A stretch of DNA of 43,340 nucleotides from positions 1 through 43,340 of the forward strand of contig JBBQYG010000012.1 of NCBI GenBank assembly GCA_038208905.1, given 5' to 3'. A model generated the notes under the pieces. The model searched no databases. It saw only the letters and a list, made by a program, of their open reading frames with translations, and was not told where the DNA came from. Both the position numbers and the translations under genes were made by a program. Position 1 is the first letter of the stretch. Every line of letters starts with the position of its first letter. The stretch comes from Candidatus Sumerlaeia bacterium (lineage in GTDB: Bacteria; Sumerlaeota; Sumerlaeia; SLMS01). Shown in pieces: positions 1 to 8,261 of this stretch.

Positions 1-95
1 GGGTTGAAGGGGGCGGAGGTTTAAGGGGGCGGGGGCTACGCCTGATGTGTCTTCTGCTGCTGCGTTGGAGTGCCTGCGGGGAGCAACTACACCGA

Positions 96-320
96 CTAAG
101 AGCTAGCGGCCAGAGGCCCGCATGGTCGGTGATGTTGCATCGCGCCGATTTGCCCCATAGCATAGTATCGATGGGCCTGAGATAGGGGAGGAGACTTACG
201 CGGTCCTTCAATCGTGGCAGCAAACACTACCTTCTGTCCACCGCGATCCAGCTCGGCCACATCGGAGGCGGCGGGGATAAGCTGCTGTACATCGTCTGCG
301 GTCAAGTCCGGGATGGACAT
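96..320 (-). pseudogene. Probable 5' fragment of a Ser/Thr protein kinase-like gene
   Basis: N-terminus ...ELDRGGQKVVFAA resembles a kinase Gly-rich loop (GxGGQKxVF). The ORF turns non-kinase-like after about 40 aa and stops at 74 aa. Local GC is lower than the flanks. Confidence 0.4.
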
Positions 321-495
321 CTTGGGTCTCTATTGATTTTTCTGTTACTTCATGGAGCCTTCTTCGGTGGACGTTCCGGGCCTCGACTCAAAGGAGAACT
401 TCGCATCGAGATTGACCGTGCCAAGCCCTTTTTCACTTTCCCTTCGCTGGCAAGGACTTGTAGCCCTGCTCTGAGCGTAGATAGAGTTTTCCCCC

Positions 496-1026
496 TCACC
501 CCTCCACCACCGCCCGCAAGCTCGCCAGTCCCTTCTCGAAATCCTTACCCACCATCTTGTCCATGTTCATGAAGGTGCAGAAAATCTTGGCCACGAAGTT
601 GTTGGTGCCGGTCATGGACCAGGTGACGAGGGTGGCGTGGCCTTGGCCCTTGAATTCGAAGTCGGCGGTGTTGGTGGCCTTGAAGGGTTTGAGGAATTCG
701 AGCTTGATGCGGACGAAGGCGGGCGGGCGGCTGTCGGTGATGGTCATCTTGCCTTCGCCGACCTTGCTGTTGCCGAGCCAGGAGTAGAAGGAGCCGACAC
801 CCTCGGGCGGGCCGGCGTAGGCCTGCACCATGGCGGGGTCGAGCCGGGCCCAGGGCGACCACTTCTCCCAGTTCTTGAGGGCATTAACTTCCTCGAAGAC
901 GCGGGCGGGCGGCGCGGTCATGCGGGCGCTGCGCACGATGCGGAAGTCGGACGGCCGGGTGGCGACGTAGGCGAGGAAGGCGGCGATCATCAGGACGACC
1001 ACGGCCAGTGCATAGACGTAGAACAT
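496..1026 (-). CDS. SRPBCC/polyketide cyclase-like family protein with N-terminal membrane anchor
   Basis: MFYVYALAVVVLMIAAFLAYVATRPSDFRIVRS...WEKWSPW...DKMVGKDFEKGLASL is typical of the SRPBCC family. ATG at 1026 follows GGAG. Confidence 0.85.
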   Translation of the reverse strand: MFYVYALAVVVLMIAAFLAYVATRPSDFRIVRSARMTAPPARVFEEVNALKNWEKWSPWARLDPAMVQAYAGPPEGVGSFYSWLGNSKVGEGKMTITDSRPPAFVRIKLEFLKPFKATNTADFEFKGQGHATLVTWSMTGTNNFVAKIFCTFMNMDKMVGKDFEKGLASLRAVVEG

Positions 1027-1304
1027 GGGGACTCCCCAAAAAAGACGAAGGGTGGAAGACGGGGCTTTGACAAAGACCGTCCCCCGCACCCGCGAAAATG
1101 TCGATGGCAAATCGGCGGAGACCCACCCGGGCGGTTCAAAGAATTGCGCATTTCTTGCACAACCCGGCGGAATTCAACGATAATCCCAAGGGTTATGCAA
1201 TGATTTCGCTTGCACGCTCGCGCGTAAACCGCTCCAATAGGACATCGACTTGCAGAAACCGCCGCCCACGTCGGCACACTTTACACAAAAGGAAACCCCT
1301 CACC

Positions 1305-2240
1305 ATGCGCACTCGAATTTATGCTGCTATGTCCGCGGCCCTGATGCTTGCCGGATCCACGGCAATGGCCGGCTTTGGCACACCCGCAATCGATGGAACG
1401 CTCGACGCCGCCTATGGCGCCGCCGTATCGGTGCAGACTGTCCGCACGGCATTCGGCAGTTCCACCAACGGCAACCTGATCGGCGGCGGCGGCAGCGAAC
1501 TCAACGGCCTCTATCTGGCCAACAACGGGTCGACGCTGTTTGTCCTCCTCACTGGCAACGTCGAGTCCAACGGCAATACCCTGTATATCCTGATCGACGA
1601 TGTGTCCAACGCGGCGGGCCCCAATGTGCTGCCGAACACGCCGGGCAAGGACGACCTGTTCAACACGAACAAGCTGGGCGGAGCCACCATGCCGGTGGGC
1701 TTTGGGCCGGAATGGGGATTCGTGTTCAAGGGCTTCATGAACGGCGCCATCGGCGGCCCTTCGGACTATGACTATGTCTATTCGATCGCCAACTTCGTCA
1801 CGGGGACTTCGGTCGCTCCGGCGCTCGATCAACCGACGCTGGCTTTGGTGAATCCGGCGACGGGGACTGATTCCACCGCGGGCTACCCGATCACCTTTGC
1901 GCTGGACAATTCCAACGTCGCCGGCGTCAACGGCGGCATCAACCCCGATTGGGCCATCGTGGCCGAGACCCCCGCGACGGTGACCACGGGATACGAGATT
2001 GCCATCCCCCTCTCCGCCATTGTTCCCGCGACCACGGGCAACCTGAAGATCCTCGCCTACATCAGCAGCGGAGACGGCACCTTTGCCGCCAACCAGTTCC
2101 TTCCGCCGCTCGTGCCCGCCATCGGGAACGTTGGCAATCCGCCCCCGGGTGGCTACCTCTTCCCGACGCTCGGTTTGACCGCGGCCAGCTACTCGCTGGT
2201 GGTGCCGATGTCGGCGCCGAGCTGGAATCTCTACGAATAA
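1305..2240 (+). CDS. Secreted protein (Sec signal peptide) with C-terminal W-x-L-Y motif
   Basis: MRTRIYAAMSAALMLAGSTAMA signal peptide and AAGGA RBS. Body (IDGTLDAAYG..VQT..GSELNGLY..LTGNVESN) resembles domains seen in PEP-CTERM proteins. Ends VVPMSAPSWNLYE. Confidence 0.8.
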   Translation: MRTRIYAAMSAALMLAGSTAMAGFGTPAIDGTLDAAYGAAVSVQTVRTAFGSSTNGNLIGGGGSELNGLYLANNGSTLFVLLTGNVESNGNTLYILIDDVSNAAGPNVLPNTPGKDDLFNTNKLGGATMPVGFGPEWGFVFKGFMNGAIGGPSDYDYVYSIANFVTGTSVAPALDQPTLALVNPATGTDSTAGYPITFALDNSNVAGVNGGINPDWAIVAETPATVTTGYEIAIPLSAIVPATTGNLKILAYISSGDGTFAANQFLPPLVPAIGNVGNPPPGGYLFPTLGLTAASYSLVVPMSAPSWNLYE

Positions 2241-2260
2241 GCAGCGCGCCAGACCGCTGT

Positions 2261-2300
2261 AAGAATCCCCGCCGGGCGACCGGCGGGGATTCTTTATTTT
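2261..2300 (+). terminator. Intrinsic terminator
   Basis: AAGAATCCCCGCCGG-GCGA-CCGGCGGGGATTCTT perfect 15-bp stem followed by TATTTT, 20 nt after the stop codon. Confidence 0.85.
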
Positions 2301-2333
2301 CAGGGCGCCAGCGCGGCGCCACAACGAGCCGGG

Positions 2334-2470
2334 CTACGATCGGCCCGGGGGTGTATCTGATTGATGACTGGAGGCAGGGGGAGCGGCTTCGGGTTCGAGG
2401 AACTCCAGCGTGATGAGCGAGTTCATCGGCACCTCGTCGTGGGTCCAGCTCCGGGTGAAGACGAGGCGCG
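2334..2470 (-). pseudogene. Possible 3' remnant of an unknown gene
   Basis: Frame RLVFTRSWTHDEVPMNSLITLEFLEPEAAPP... has strongly GC3-biased codons but no evident start or RBS. Confidence 0.3.
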
Positions 2471-2523
2471 AGGGACAAGGAAACTGGCAAGCCGTTTGGT
2501 TTGTTTTTTGGCGGGAGCGAGTC

Positions 2524-3348
2524 CTACCCAAACAGATCGCCCGACTCCGGCACGGCGCGCGGGTCGCCGAGCATGGTGGCGAGTGCCAGCGCGTCGAGGA
2601 TGGCGTTTCCATCGGGGTGGTTGTTGAAGAAGACCAGGGTGCTGGTGGCCTTTTCCGCCGCATCGCGCAGGGCGGGAATCCACGGGTGGAGCTCGCCGGC
2701 CTGATAGCGGTAGCGATAGCGCGAGTCGCCGGCGGGATCGCCGTGGCCATACCACGCGGCGGCGTTGCGTCCGTGAAAGCGGACGTAGGCGATGGGGCCC
2801 GTGGGCGCGGCGCGGCGCGACTCGGAGAGACCCCGCAGCTCGGGCTGGTCGATCGCGACGCGCGATACCGCCATGTCGGCCAGGAAGGCGTCGGCGGCGG
2901 CGTTGTCCCAGGAGGCGTGCCGCAGCTCCACGGCGAGCGGCAATCCGGCGAGTGCCCCGCACGCTTGGCGGATGAGACCGCGACCCTCCGTGGTGTTGTG
3001 GAGTCCGTTGGGAAACTGAAGGAGCACGGCGGAGAGTACGCCGCCCTCGCGAAAGGGCTCCAGATAGTCTAGGAACGGATTCACCGCGGCGGCGTCGGCG
3101 CGGCCGCGGTGGGTCACGTCGCCGGGGGCCTTCACGGAGAAGGCGAGCCGCCCGCGCGCCTCGCGCACGGCGCGCCGCGCGGCGTCGGGCCTTGGCGTGC
3201 CGTAGTAGGTGGAGTTGATTTCCAGCGCGCGGAAGACAGAGGCATAGTAGTCCAGCCGCGCCGGCTTCGCGAGGCCGCGCGGATAGAACACGCCGTGCCA
3301 CTCGTCATAGGAATAGCCGGAGGTGCCGAGGAGGAGAGTCGCGGTCAC
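2524..3348 (-). CDS. DUF72 domain protein (YecE-like TIM barrel)
   Basis: GTSGYSYDEW..FYP, EINSTYY, FSVKAP, LLQFP, AVELRHASW, YVRFHGRN, FFNNH. The GTG start overlaps the polymerase TGA (GTGA). Confidence 0.92.
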   Translation of the reverse strand: MTATLLLGTSGYSYDEWHGVFYPRGLAKPARLDYYASVFRALEINSTYYGTPRPDAARRAVREARGRLAFSVKAPGDVTHRGRADAAAVNPFLDYLEPFREGGVLSAVLLQFPNGLHNTTEGRGLIRQACGALAGLPLAVELRHASWDNAAADAFLADMAVSRVAIDQPELRGLSESRRAAPTGPIAYVRFHGRNAAAWYGHGDPAGDSRYRYRYQAGELHPWIPALRDAAEKATSTLVFFNNHPDGNAILDALALATMLGDPRAVPESGDLFG

Positions 3349-5645
3349 CGGATGGAACTCCCGAAAAGGTCTGTCTGCGTCGATGCGGCGCGCGTGGGCT
3401 TCGCGGGCCGCGCGCGCGGGACGGGCGCCCACGGCGGCACGATGCGTTTCTCCTCCAGCGCGGTGCCCGCCGGCCACAGCAGCGTGTTCATCGCGCGACG
3501 CAGCATCCTGATCGCGGCCACGGGATCGGCGGTGGTCTCCGCGTCCATCAGGCTTTGCAGCCGCACGCGGCGCGAGCGGTCGACGTCGCTCCCCGACGTG
3601 ATCACATAGCTCAGCGATTCCCCCGCGTGCAGGTTCAACCCCGCCTCCACGGCCTGGCGCGCGGCGAGCGACTGGGTGCCGTTGCCGGTGTATTCGTCGG
3701 GCTCCTGGGAGAGGCTCTGCCTGATGAGAAGTTCCTCGAGCGGGACCTCGTTGCGCCACAGGGCGTCCTCCATCTCCGCAATGCGCGAGAGGAGTTCCGG
3801 CACCATCGCGCGATATGCCTGGGCGTCGGTTGCGGCGGCAAGGCGGCGCAGCAATTCAAGCTGGGCGGACTTCACATAGCCGGGGAGGTCGCGGCGGCGG
3901 CATTCGATCCCGCGGAACTTGACCGAGCCATCGCGGAACGCGCCGAAATAGCGCGTGGGCACGGGGCGATCCGGCACCTGGCGCGAGGGAAGGAAGGCCA
4001 GCCAATTGTAGATACCCTCCAGCGCGATCGGCAGATTGGTGGCCGCGGTGATCGCGTCACAGAGCGCCGGGACCTCCTCCTCGCCAAAGCCCGGCTTCAC
4101 GATCCACACGCAGTCCACATTCGCGTGCAGCATCCGCCAGCCGGCCTCCTCGCAGACGTCGCGCGCGCGCAGCAGCATCTCACGCGAATACGCCGAGACC
4201 GACTCGTGGGCCTCGATGCGGCCAAAGCGCGCGTTGCGGTAGCCCAGATAGCCAAAGCAGCAGACGAGCATCCACTTCAGCGCGTCCTGGCGCTGGTCCC
4301 ACCGCGCATAGGCCACGGTGTCGCCAGCCTCCTTGGCGCGCTTGCGCAGGACCTTGTACTGGACGCGCTTGGCGATGATCGGCGCGAGCGCGCGGGAGAC
4401 CAGGCCCGCGCGCTTCTCGCAAATCGTATAGTTGATTTCGGGCACCGCCTCGTTCCGGCAACACGCGCAGTTCACCGTCTCGGGAGAGACGTTGAAGCGC
4501 GACATGATGCTGGGATACATGGCGACGAAATCCAGCTCCACCACGTTCTGGTGCAACCCCGTTTCCGGCGCATAGACAAGGCCGCCGCGATCGGCCTTGA
4601 GCAGCTGGCGCGCGCTCTTCCACGCCTCGGGCTGGGTCTTCTTCCACGGGATCAGCAGCCCCTCCCGCCAGGCATGGTCCAGCTGGATCGAGGAAATCCC
4701 CGTGCCGATGCTGCGCCGCGCGATGCGCTGCATGGGAATGCGGGAAAGGCGCGCCACCTCGTACAGCCCGTCCATCCCATCGTGCGACAGCGTGAAGGAA
4801 TTCTTCCGGTCGAGATGCCACCGTCCACGCAACGCATACTCCGGCGCCTGGTACAGGATGCGGCCGTAGGAGAAAAACGACCGCCCATCGGTCTTGATCT
4901 CCCGCGAGTCCGGCGCCGCGTCGCGGTCGAGCCGCAGCGCGAACCGCGACCGCTTGGCCAGCGTGAAGAGCAGCGGCAGCAGGAACGAATCGCCCCGATC
5001 CGTCAGGATCAGGTCGGGATCCAGATCGTCCACCGCCCGCTGAAAGCTCGGCAGGATTTCGCCCGCATCGTCCCACGTGACGGCGTGTTCCTCGTGCTCC
5101 ATCGTCAGCGAGCGGAGCACCGGCCGCGGACCCTGCAGCGTGCCCACGCCGGAGAGTTCCACGATGCGCAGCGGCGGCGCCGCGTACTCCGTGGCCCAGC
5201 GGTCGTCTTCCCGCTCCAGCGAAAGCAGCCGCCGCTGTGCGTCGTGCTCCACGCGGCACCGCATCAGCGGAAACACATCGCGCTCGAAACCATAGGTCTG
5301 CTCCGGCGGCAGGTCGGCATTGTGCCAGCACAGCAACGGAAACCGGTCGGCGTGGCGATCCAGCGCGCGCCGCCACGTTTCCACGCGGAGCAGCCGGATC
5401 GCAAACACGCGGCGCAGCTCGCCCGTCCAGAAATCCCGTCGCTCCGTCCAGCCCTCCGGCGCTGCGTCGCCGGCCTTTTCCATCGCGCGCAGACAGGCGT
5501 CGATCTCCCGCCCGGGCCCCTCCACAAAAACAAGCGGCTCGTACGCATCCACCAGCCGCAACCGCTCCCCCCCATCCATGATGAACCACAGGACCATCCC
5601 GCCCCCCTGGGCGTGGTAGTCAAAGAGCCACCCTGCGGCGGTCAT
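3345..5645 (-). CDS. polB2: Family B DNA polymerase, PolB2 (archaeal-type) subgroup
   Basis: Motif A DRGGLVYAP...LDFVAMYPSIM..NVSPET; motif B RQDALKWMLVCCFGYLGY; divergent motif C LHANVDCVW; KFRGIECRRRD; degenerate exonuclease region; PolB2-type gene neighbourhood. Confidence 0.88.
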   Translation of the reverse strand: MTAAGWLFDYHAQGGGMVLWFIMDGGERLRLVDAYEPLVFVEGPGREIDACLRAMEKAGDAAPEGWTERRDFWTGELRRVFAIRLLRVETWRRALDRHADRFPLLCWHNADLPPEQTYGFERDVFPLMRCRVEHDAQRRLLSLEREDDRWATEYAAPPLRIVELSGVGTLQGPRPVLRSLTMEHEEHAVTWDDAGEILPSFQRAVDDLDPDLILTDRGDSFLLPLLFTLAKRSRFALRLDRDAAPDSREIKTDGRSFFSYGRILYQAPEYALRGRWHLDRKNSFTLSHDGMDGLYEVARLSRIPMQRIARRSIGTGISSIQLDHAWREGLLIPWKKTQPEAWKSARQLLKADRGGLVYAPETGLHQNVVELDFVAMYPSIMSRFNVSPETVNCACCRNEAVPEINYTICEKRAGLVSRALAPIIAKRVQYKVLRKRAKEAGDTVAYARWDQRQDALKWMLVCCFGYLGYRNARFGRIEAHESVSAYSREMLLRARDVCEEAGWRMLHANVDCVWIVKPGFGEEEVPALCDAITAATNLPIALEGIYNWLAFLPSRQVPDRPVPTRYFGAFRDGSVKFRGIECRRRDLPGYVKSAQLELLRRLAAATDAQAYRAMVPELLSRIAEMEDALWRNEVPLEELLIRQSLSQEPDEYTGNGTQSLAARQAVEAGLNLHAGESLSYVITSGSDVDRSRRVRLQSLMDAETTADPVAAIRMLRRAMNTLLWPAGTALEEKRIVPPWAPVPRARPAKPTRAASTQTDLFGSSIR

Positions 5646-5695
5646 GGCCGCCGCCCCTGCCGGGAAAAGTTGGAGGATAGGGTGGCCAAGGACAT
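5642..5695 (-). CDS. Putative leaderless 17-aa uORF (MSLATLSSNFSRQGRRP) translationally coupled to polB2
   Basis: ATG directly after the promoter/operator motif. Its TGA overlaps the polB2 ATG (ATGA). Confidence 0.45.
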   Translation of the reverse strand: MSLATLSSNFSRQGRRP

Positions 5696-5730
5696 GGCGA
5701 ATAAAAAGCGAATCTAGCGCGCCGTGTCAA
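5696..5730 (-). promoter_or_regulatory. Promoter (-35 TTGACA) with direct-repeat operator ATTCGC-N5-ATTCGC, copy 1
   Basis: Minus strand reads TTGACACGGCGCGCTAGATTCGCTTTTTATTCGCC-ATG, nearly identical to 6883-6918. Confidence 0.7.
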
Positions 5731-5813
5731 GCCCGCCCCCGATGGGGTTGTATTCGGGGCGGGTTGGGAATACCATCATGACGCGTTGGATGCGACGCTG
5801 AAGAGAACTGGTC

Positions 5814-5918
5814 ATGGACTGGACAGAACGAATCGCTTTCGATCCCGACGTGTGCCATGGCAAGGCGTGCGTCAAGGGCACGCGGGTGATGGTATCCGTG
5901 GTGATCGCCGATCCTTGA
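5814..5918 (+). pseudogene. Truncated DUF433 (COG2442) antitoxin-like gene, 5' part
   Basis: MDWTERIAFDPDVCHGKACVKGTRVMVSVVIADP* matches the DUF433 N-terminus (RI..DP.V.hGKP.I.GTRI.V) but stops at 34 aa. Confidence 0.8.
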
Positions 5919-6028
5919 CTTTGGCGAAGCTGGTAATCGACAAGTTGGAAACGCATCAATTGCCGGGCAGGCTATGGTCCGTGGATGAGCGGACAATCCG
6001 CGTGAGGGGCGCGGCAAAGCCGGGTTGA
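5919..6028 (+). pseudogene. 3' remnant of a DUF5615/PIN-like toxin gene
   Basis: LAKLVIDKLETHQLPGRLWSVDERTIRVRG resembles the C-terminal ...G.l.vvd..riRvR tail of DUF5615 proteins, the usual partners of DUF433. Confidence 0.55.
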
Positions 6029-6032
6029 ACGT

Positions 6033-6296
6033 TCATCCCCGTTCCCCCCGCAACCCCTCAACCTCCACCGCCAGCCGCTCCAGCTCCAATTCCTGCTCCA
6101 GCAGGATCGCCATCACCATCGCGTCGAAGGGCACCGGGCGCGCCGCGCAGGTGGCCTCCGCCGTGTGGCGGCGGGCGCGGGTGAACAGGCGGTCGAAGGC
6201 CGGGCGCTGTTCAGCCCTCAGGCCCCGGCGAAAGTCCCTCCAGGAGTCGATCTCCGCCTGGAGCCAGGTGTTGAAAGTCGGCAGCGTTCGTCCCAT
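6033..6296 (-). CDS. Small helical PolB2-associated protein (arCOG07300-like)
   Basis: MGRTLPTF...W..FRRGLR.E....FDRLF..ARRH...P.PFDAMVMAILLEQE matches the small protein encoded with archaeal PolB2. Confidence 0.8.
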   Translation of the reverse strand: MGRTLPTFNTWLQAEIDSWRDFRRGLRAEQRPAFDRLFTRARRHTAEATCAARPVPFDAMVMAILLEQELELERLAVEVEGLRGERG

Positions 6297-6882
6297 CGGG
6301 GCACCTCTCGATTCGCATCTTCCAGTCGCCATCGTCCCGCCGGATCGCCCGCGCGCGGACGTCTCCGAATTCCAGCATCGGCCTCCACCAGCCCTGGCCC
6401 CGCGGCGGCGCCTCGTGCGTCACCAGCAGGCGCGCCCCGCCGCCGCGCAGGCCGGCCAGATCCGCCATCACGCGCGCCAGCACACGGCTACGCTCCGCCG
6501 CGCGCAGCGACTCCTCCAGAAACAGGTGGTCCAGCCCCAGCACCGCCATCGCCGCCGGGGGATTCTCTCCCAGCAGGGGCGGCATCAACTCCGCCGTGAC
6601 CGCCGCAAGCTGGTGAATCGTAAAACAGCGCGTCACAAAGACGCGATCCAGCACGTCCTCTCCCACGCCCCGGCGGCGCGCTTCGTGGCTGAACGCATAG
6701 GGATCGAAACAGTTGGCGCCATCGGCCACATACAGCCGCCGGTCCCCCTCCAGAAACAACGGAGCCAACGCCCCCAGCACCACCGGCGTCGCCCGGCGGG
6801 AGGCCTCCAGCACAAACGAAAGCCCACCCCCCGCGAGCGCGGGCGGCAGATGCACGAAGTTGATGGCGGGCTCGGGCGGCAT
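6211..6882 (-). CDS. Inactivated RecA/RadA-fold protein (iRadA / ImuA-like)
   Basis: VADGANCFDPY...VLDRVFVTRCFTIHQL...VLGLDHLF gives a RecA-fold core with no Walker A. First gene of the PolB2 cassette. Confidence 0.75.
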   Translation of the reverse strand: MPPEPAINFVHLPPALAGGGLSFVLEASRRATPVVLGALAPLFLEGDRRLYVADGANCFDPYAFSHEARRRGVGEDVLDRVFVTRCFTIHQLAAVTAELMPPLLGENPPAAMAVLGLDHLFLEESLRAAERSRVLARVMADLAGLRGGGARLLVTHEAPPRGQGWWRPMLEFGDVRARAIRRDDGDWKMRIERCPDGTNAADFQHLAPGGDRLLEGLSPGPEG

Positions 6883-6918
6883 GGGCGAAACAAAAGCGAA
6901 TCAAGCCCCCCGTGTCAA
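6883..6918 (-). promoter_or_regulatory. Promoter (-35 TTGACA) with direct-repeat operator ATTCGC-N5-TTTCGC, copy 2
   Basis: Minus strand reads TTGACACGGGGGGCTTGATTCGCTTTTGTTTCGCCC-ATG with no RBS, so apparently leaderless. Confidence 0.7.
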
Positions 6919-6982
6919 TCAGGGAAGCCACCGCGTGCTACCCATGTCCTGAACCAATCCCTGCTTCTTCCCACCCACCCCA

Positions 6983-7031
6983 TCCCCGCTTTTCCCGCTT
7001 TTCCCGTTTTTCCCTGCTTCTCCTGCCGTCC
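6983..7031. repeat. Degenerate 9-nt tandem repeat (TTCCCGCTT-like)
   Basis: tccccgctt ttcccgctt ttcccgttt ttccctgct... Confidence 0.6.
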
Positions 7032-8099
7032 CTACTCCTTGACCGGCGCGAACTGCTTGAAGCGCTCCTTGTCGAGCGACTTCATGTAGGCCTCGGTGCC
7101 GTCCACCAGGCCCTTCTGCAGGTAGCCGTCGATGCAATCGTCCATGAGCTGCATGCCGAGGGCGCGATTGGACATGATGATCTGGGTGAGCATGGCGTTC
7201 TTCCCCTCGCGGATCGTGTTGGAAACGGCGAGGTTCTGGATCAGGATTTCGTGGGCGGCGATGCGGCCCTTGCCGCCGGTCTTCTTGAGGAGGAGCTGGG
7301 CGCAGATCGCCCGCAGCGTCACCGCCAGCGATTGGCGGATGGCGTTCTGCTGGTCCGCGGGGAACACGTCGATGATGCGGTCAACGGTCTTCACGGCGCT
7401 GTTGGTGTGCAGCGTGCCGAAGACCAGCGTCCCCGTCTCGGCGCCGCTCACCGCGAGGCCGATCGTCTCCAGGTCGCGCATCTCCCCCACCAGCAACACG
7501 TCGATGTCCTGGCGGCTGGTCGCCTTCAGCGCCGCGGCGAAGCTGGGCACGTCGATCCCCACCTCGCGCTGGACGATGGTTGATTTCTTGTTGGGGTGGA
7601 CGAATTCGATCGGCTCCTCCACCGTCATGATGTGGCGCGCGGTGGTGGTGTTGATGAAGTCTATGACGCCGGCCAGCGTGGTCGATTTGCCGGAGCCCGT
7701 GGGCCCCGTGACCAGGCACAGCCCCGCGTTGAAGCCGCCAAACGTCTTGAGCACGGGCGGCGCGCCGAGATCCTCCAGCGTCAGGATCTTCGAGGGAATC
7801 GTCCGGAAGACCGCGCCGTATCCCGCGTACTGCTTGTTGTAGTTCGCGCGAAAGCGGGCCTTCTTCTCATAGGCGTAGGCGAAATCCAGGTCGCCCGTCT
7901 CCACGAAGCGCTCCCACCGCTTGGGGATGCAGATCTCGCTCAGCATCGACCCGAGCGTCTCCCCGTCCAGCACCCCCCACCCGGCGATCGGCGACACCTC
8001 TCCGTGGAGCCGGAGCTTGGGCGGCTGCCCCTGCGCCAGATGCAAGTCCGACGCCCCCGAGGAGAGCATCGCATCAAAAAGCTGGTCGAGGACGGCCAT
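7032..8099 (-). CDS. pilT: Type IV pilus retraction ATPase PilT
   Basis: ASDLHL, Walker A GPTGSGKSTT, EEPIEF, VQREVG, Walker B LLVGEMRD, ETG..VFGTLHTN, AVSNTIREGK. Confidence 0.9.
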   Translation of the reverse strand: MAVLDQLFDAMLSSGASDLHLAQGQPPKLRLHGEVSPIAGWGVLDGETLGSMLSEICIPKRWERFVETGDLDFAYAYEKKARFRANYNKQYAGYGAVFRTIPSKILTLEDLGAPPVLKTFGGFNAGLCLVTGPTGSGKSTTLAGVIDFINTTTARHIMTVEEPIEFVHPNKKSTIVQREVGIDVPSFAAALKATSRQDIDVLLVGEMRDLETIGLAVSGAETGTLVFGTLHTNSAVKTVDRIIDVFPADQQNAIRQSLAVTLRAICAQLLLKKTGGKGRIAAHEILIQNLAVSNTIREGKNAMLTQIIMSNRALGMQLMDDCIDGYLQKGLVDGTEAYMKSLDKERFKQFAPVKE

Positions 8100-8261
8100 G
8101 GGGAGGACTCCGGTTACAGGCTAGGGTGGGTTCAGGATGGGCGATGCGGCTGTGCGACGCAAGCGAAGGGGCGGGATTCCCCGGAGTCGTTTTAGAAAAT
8201 CCTGTCGCGATGGGGAGTGCCGCGTGAAGACGCGGCCACGCGGAGCCCAGGATGCCGACGG

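Noticed and set aside
3555-5717. 720-aa plus-strand ORF, and similar long ORFs at 22690-24576, 25778-28855 and 34304-36274
   Set aside because: Antisense shadows of well-supported genes; expected in high-GC DNA and without recognisable motifs.
2524-6882. PolB as marker of a prophage, casposon or pipolin
   Set aside because: No integrase, cas1, terminal repeats or virion genes; the neighbours are the PolB2 accessory genes.
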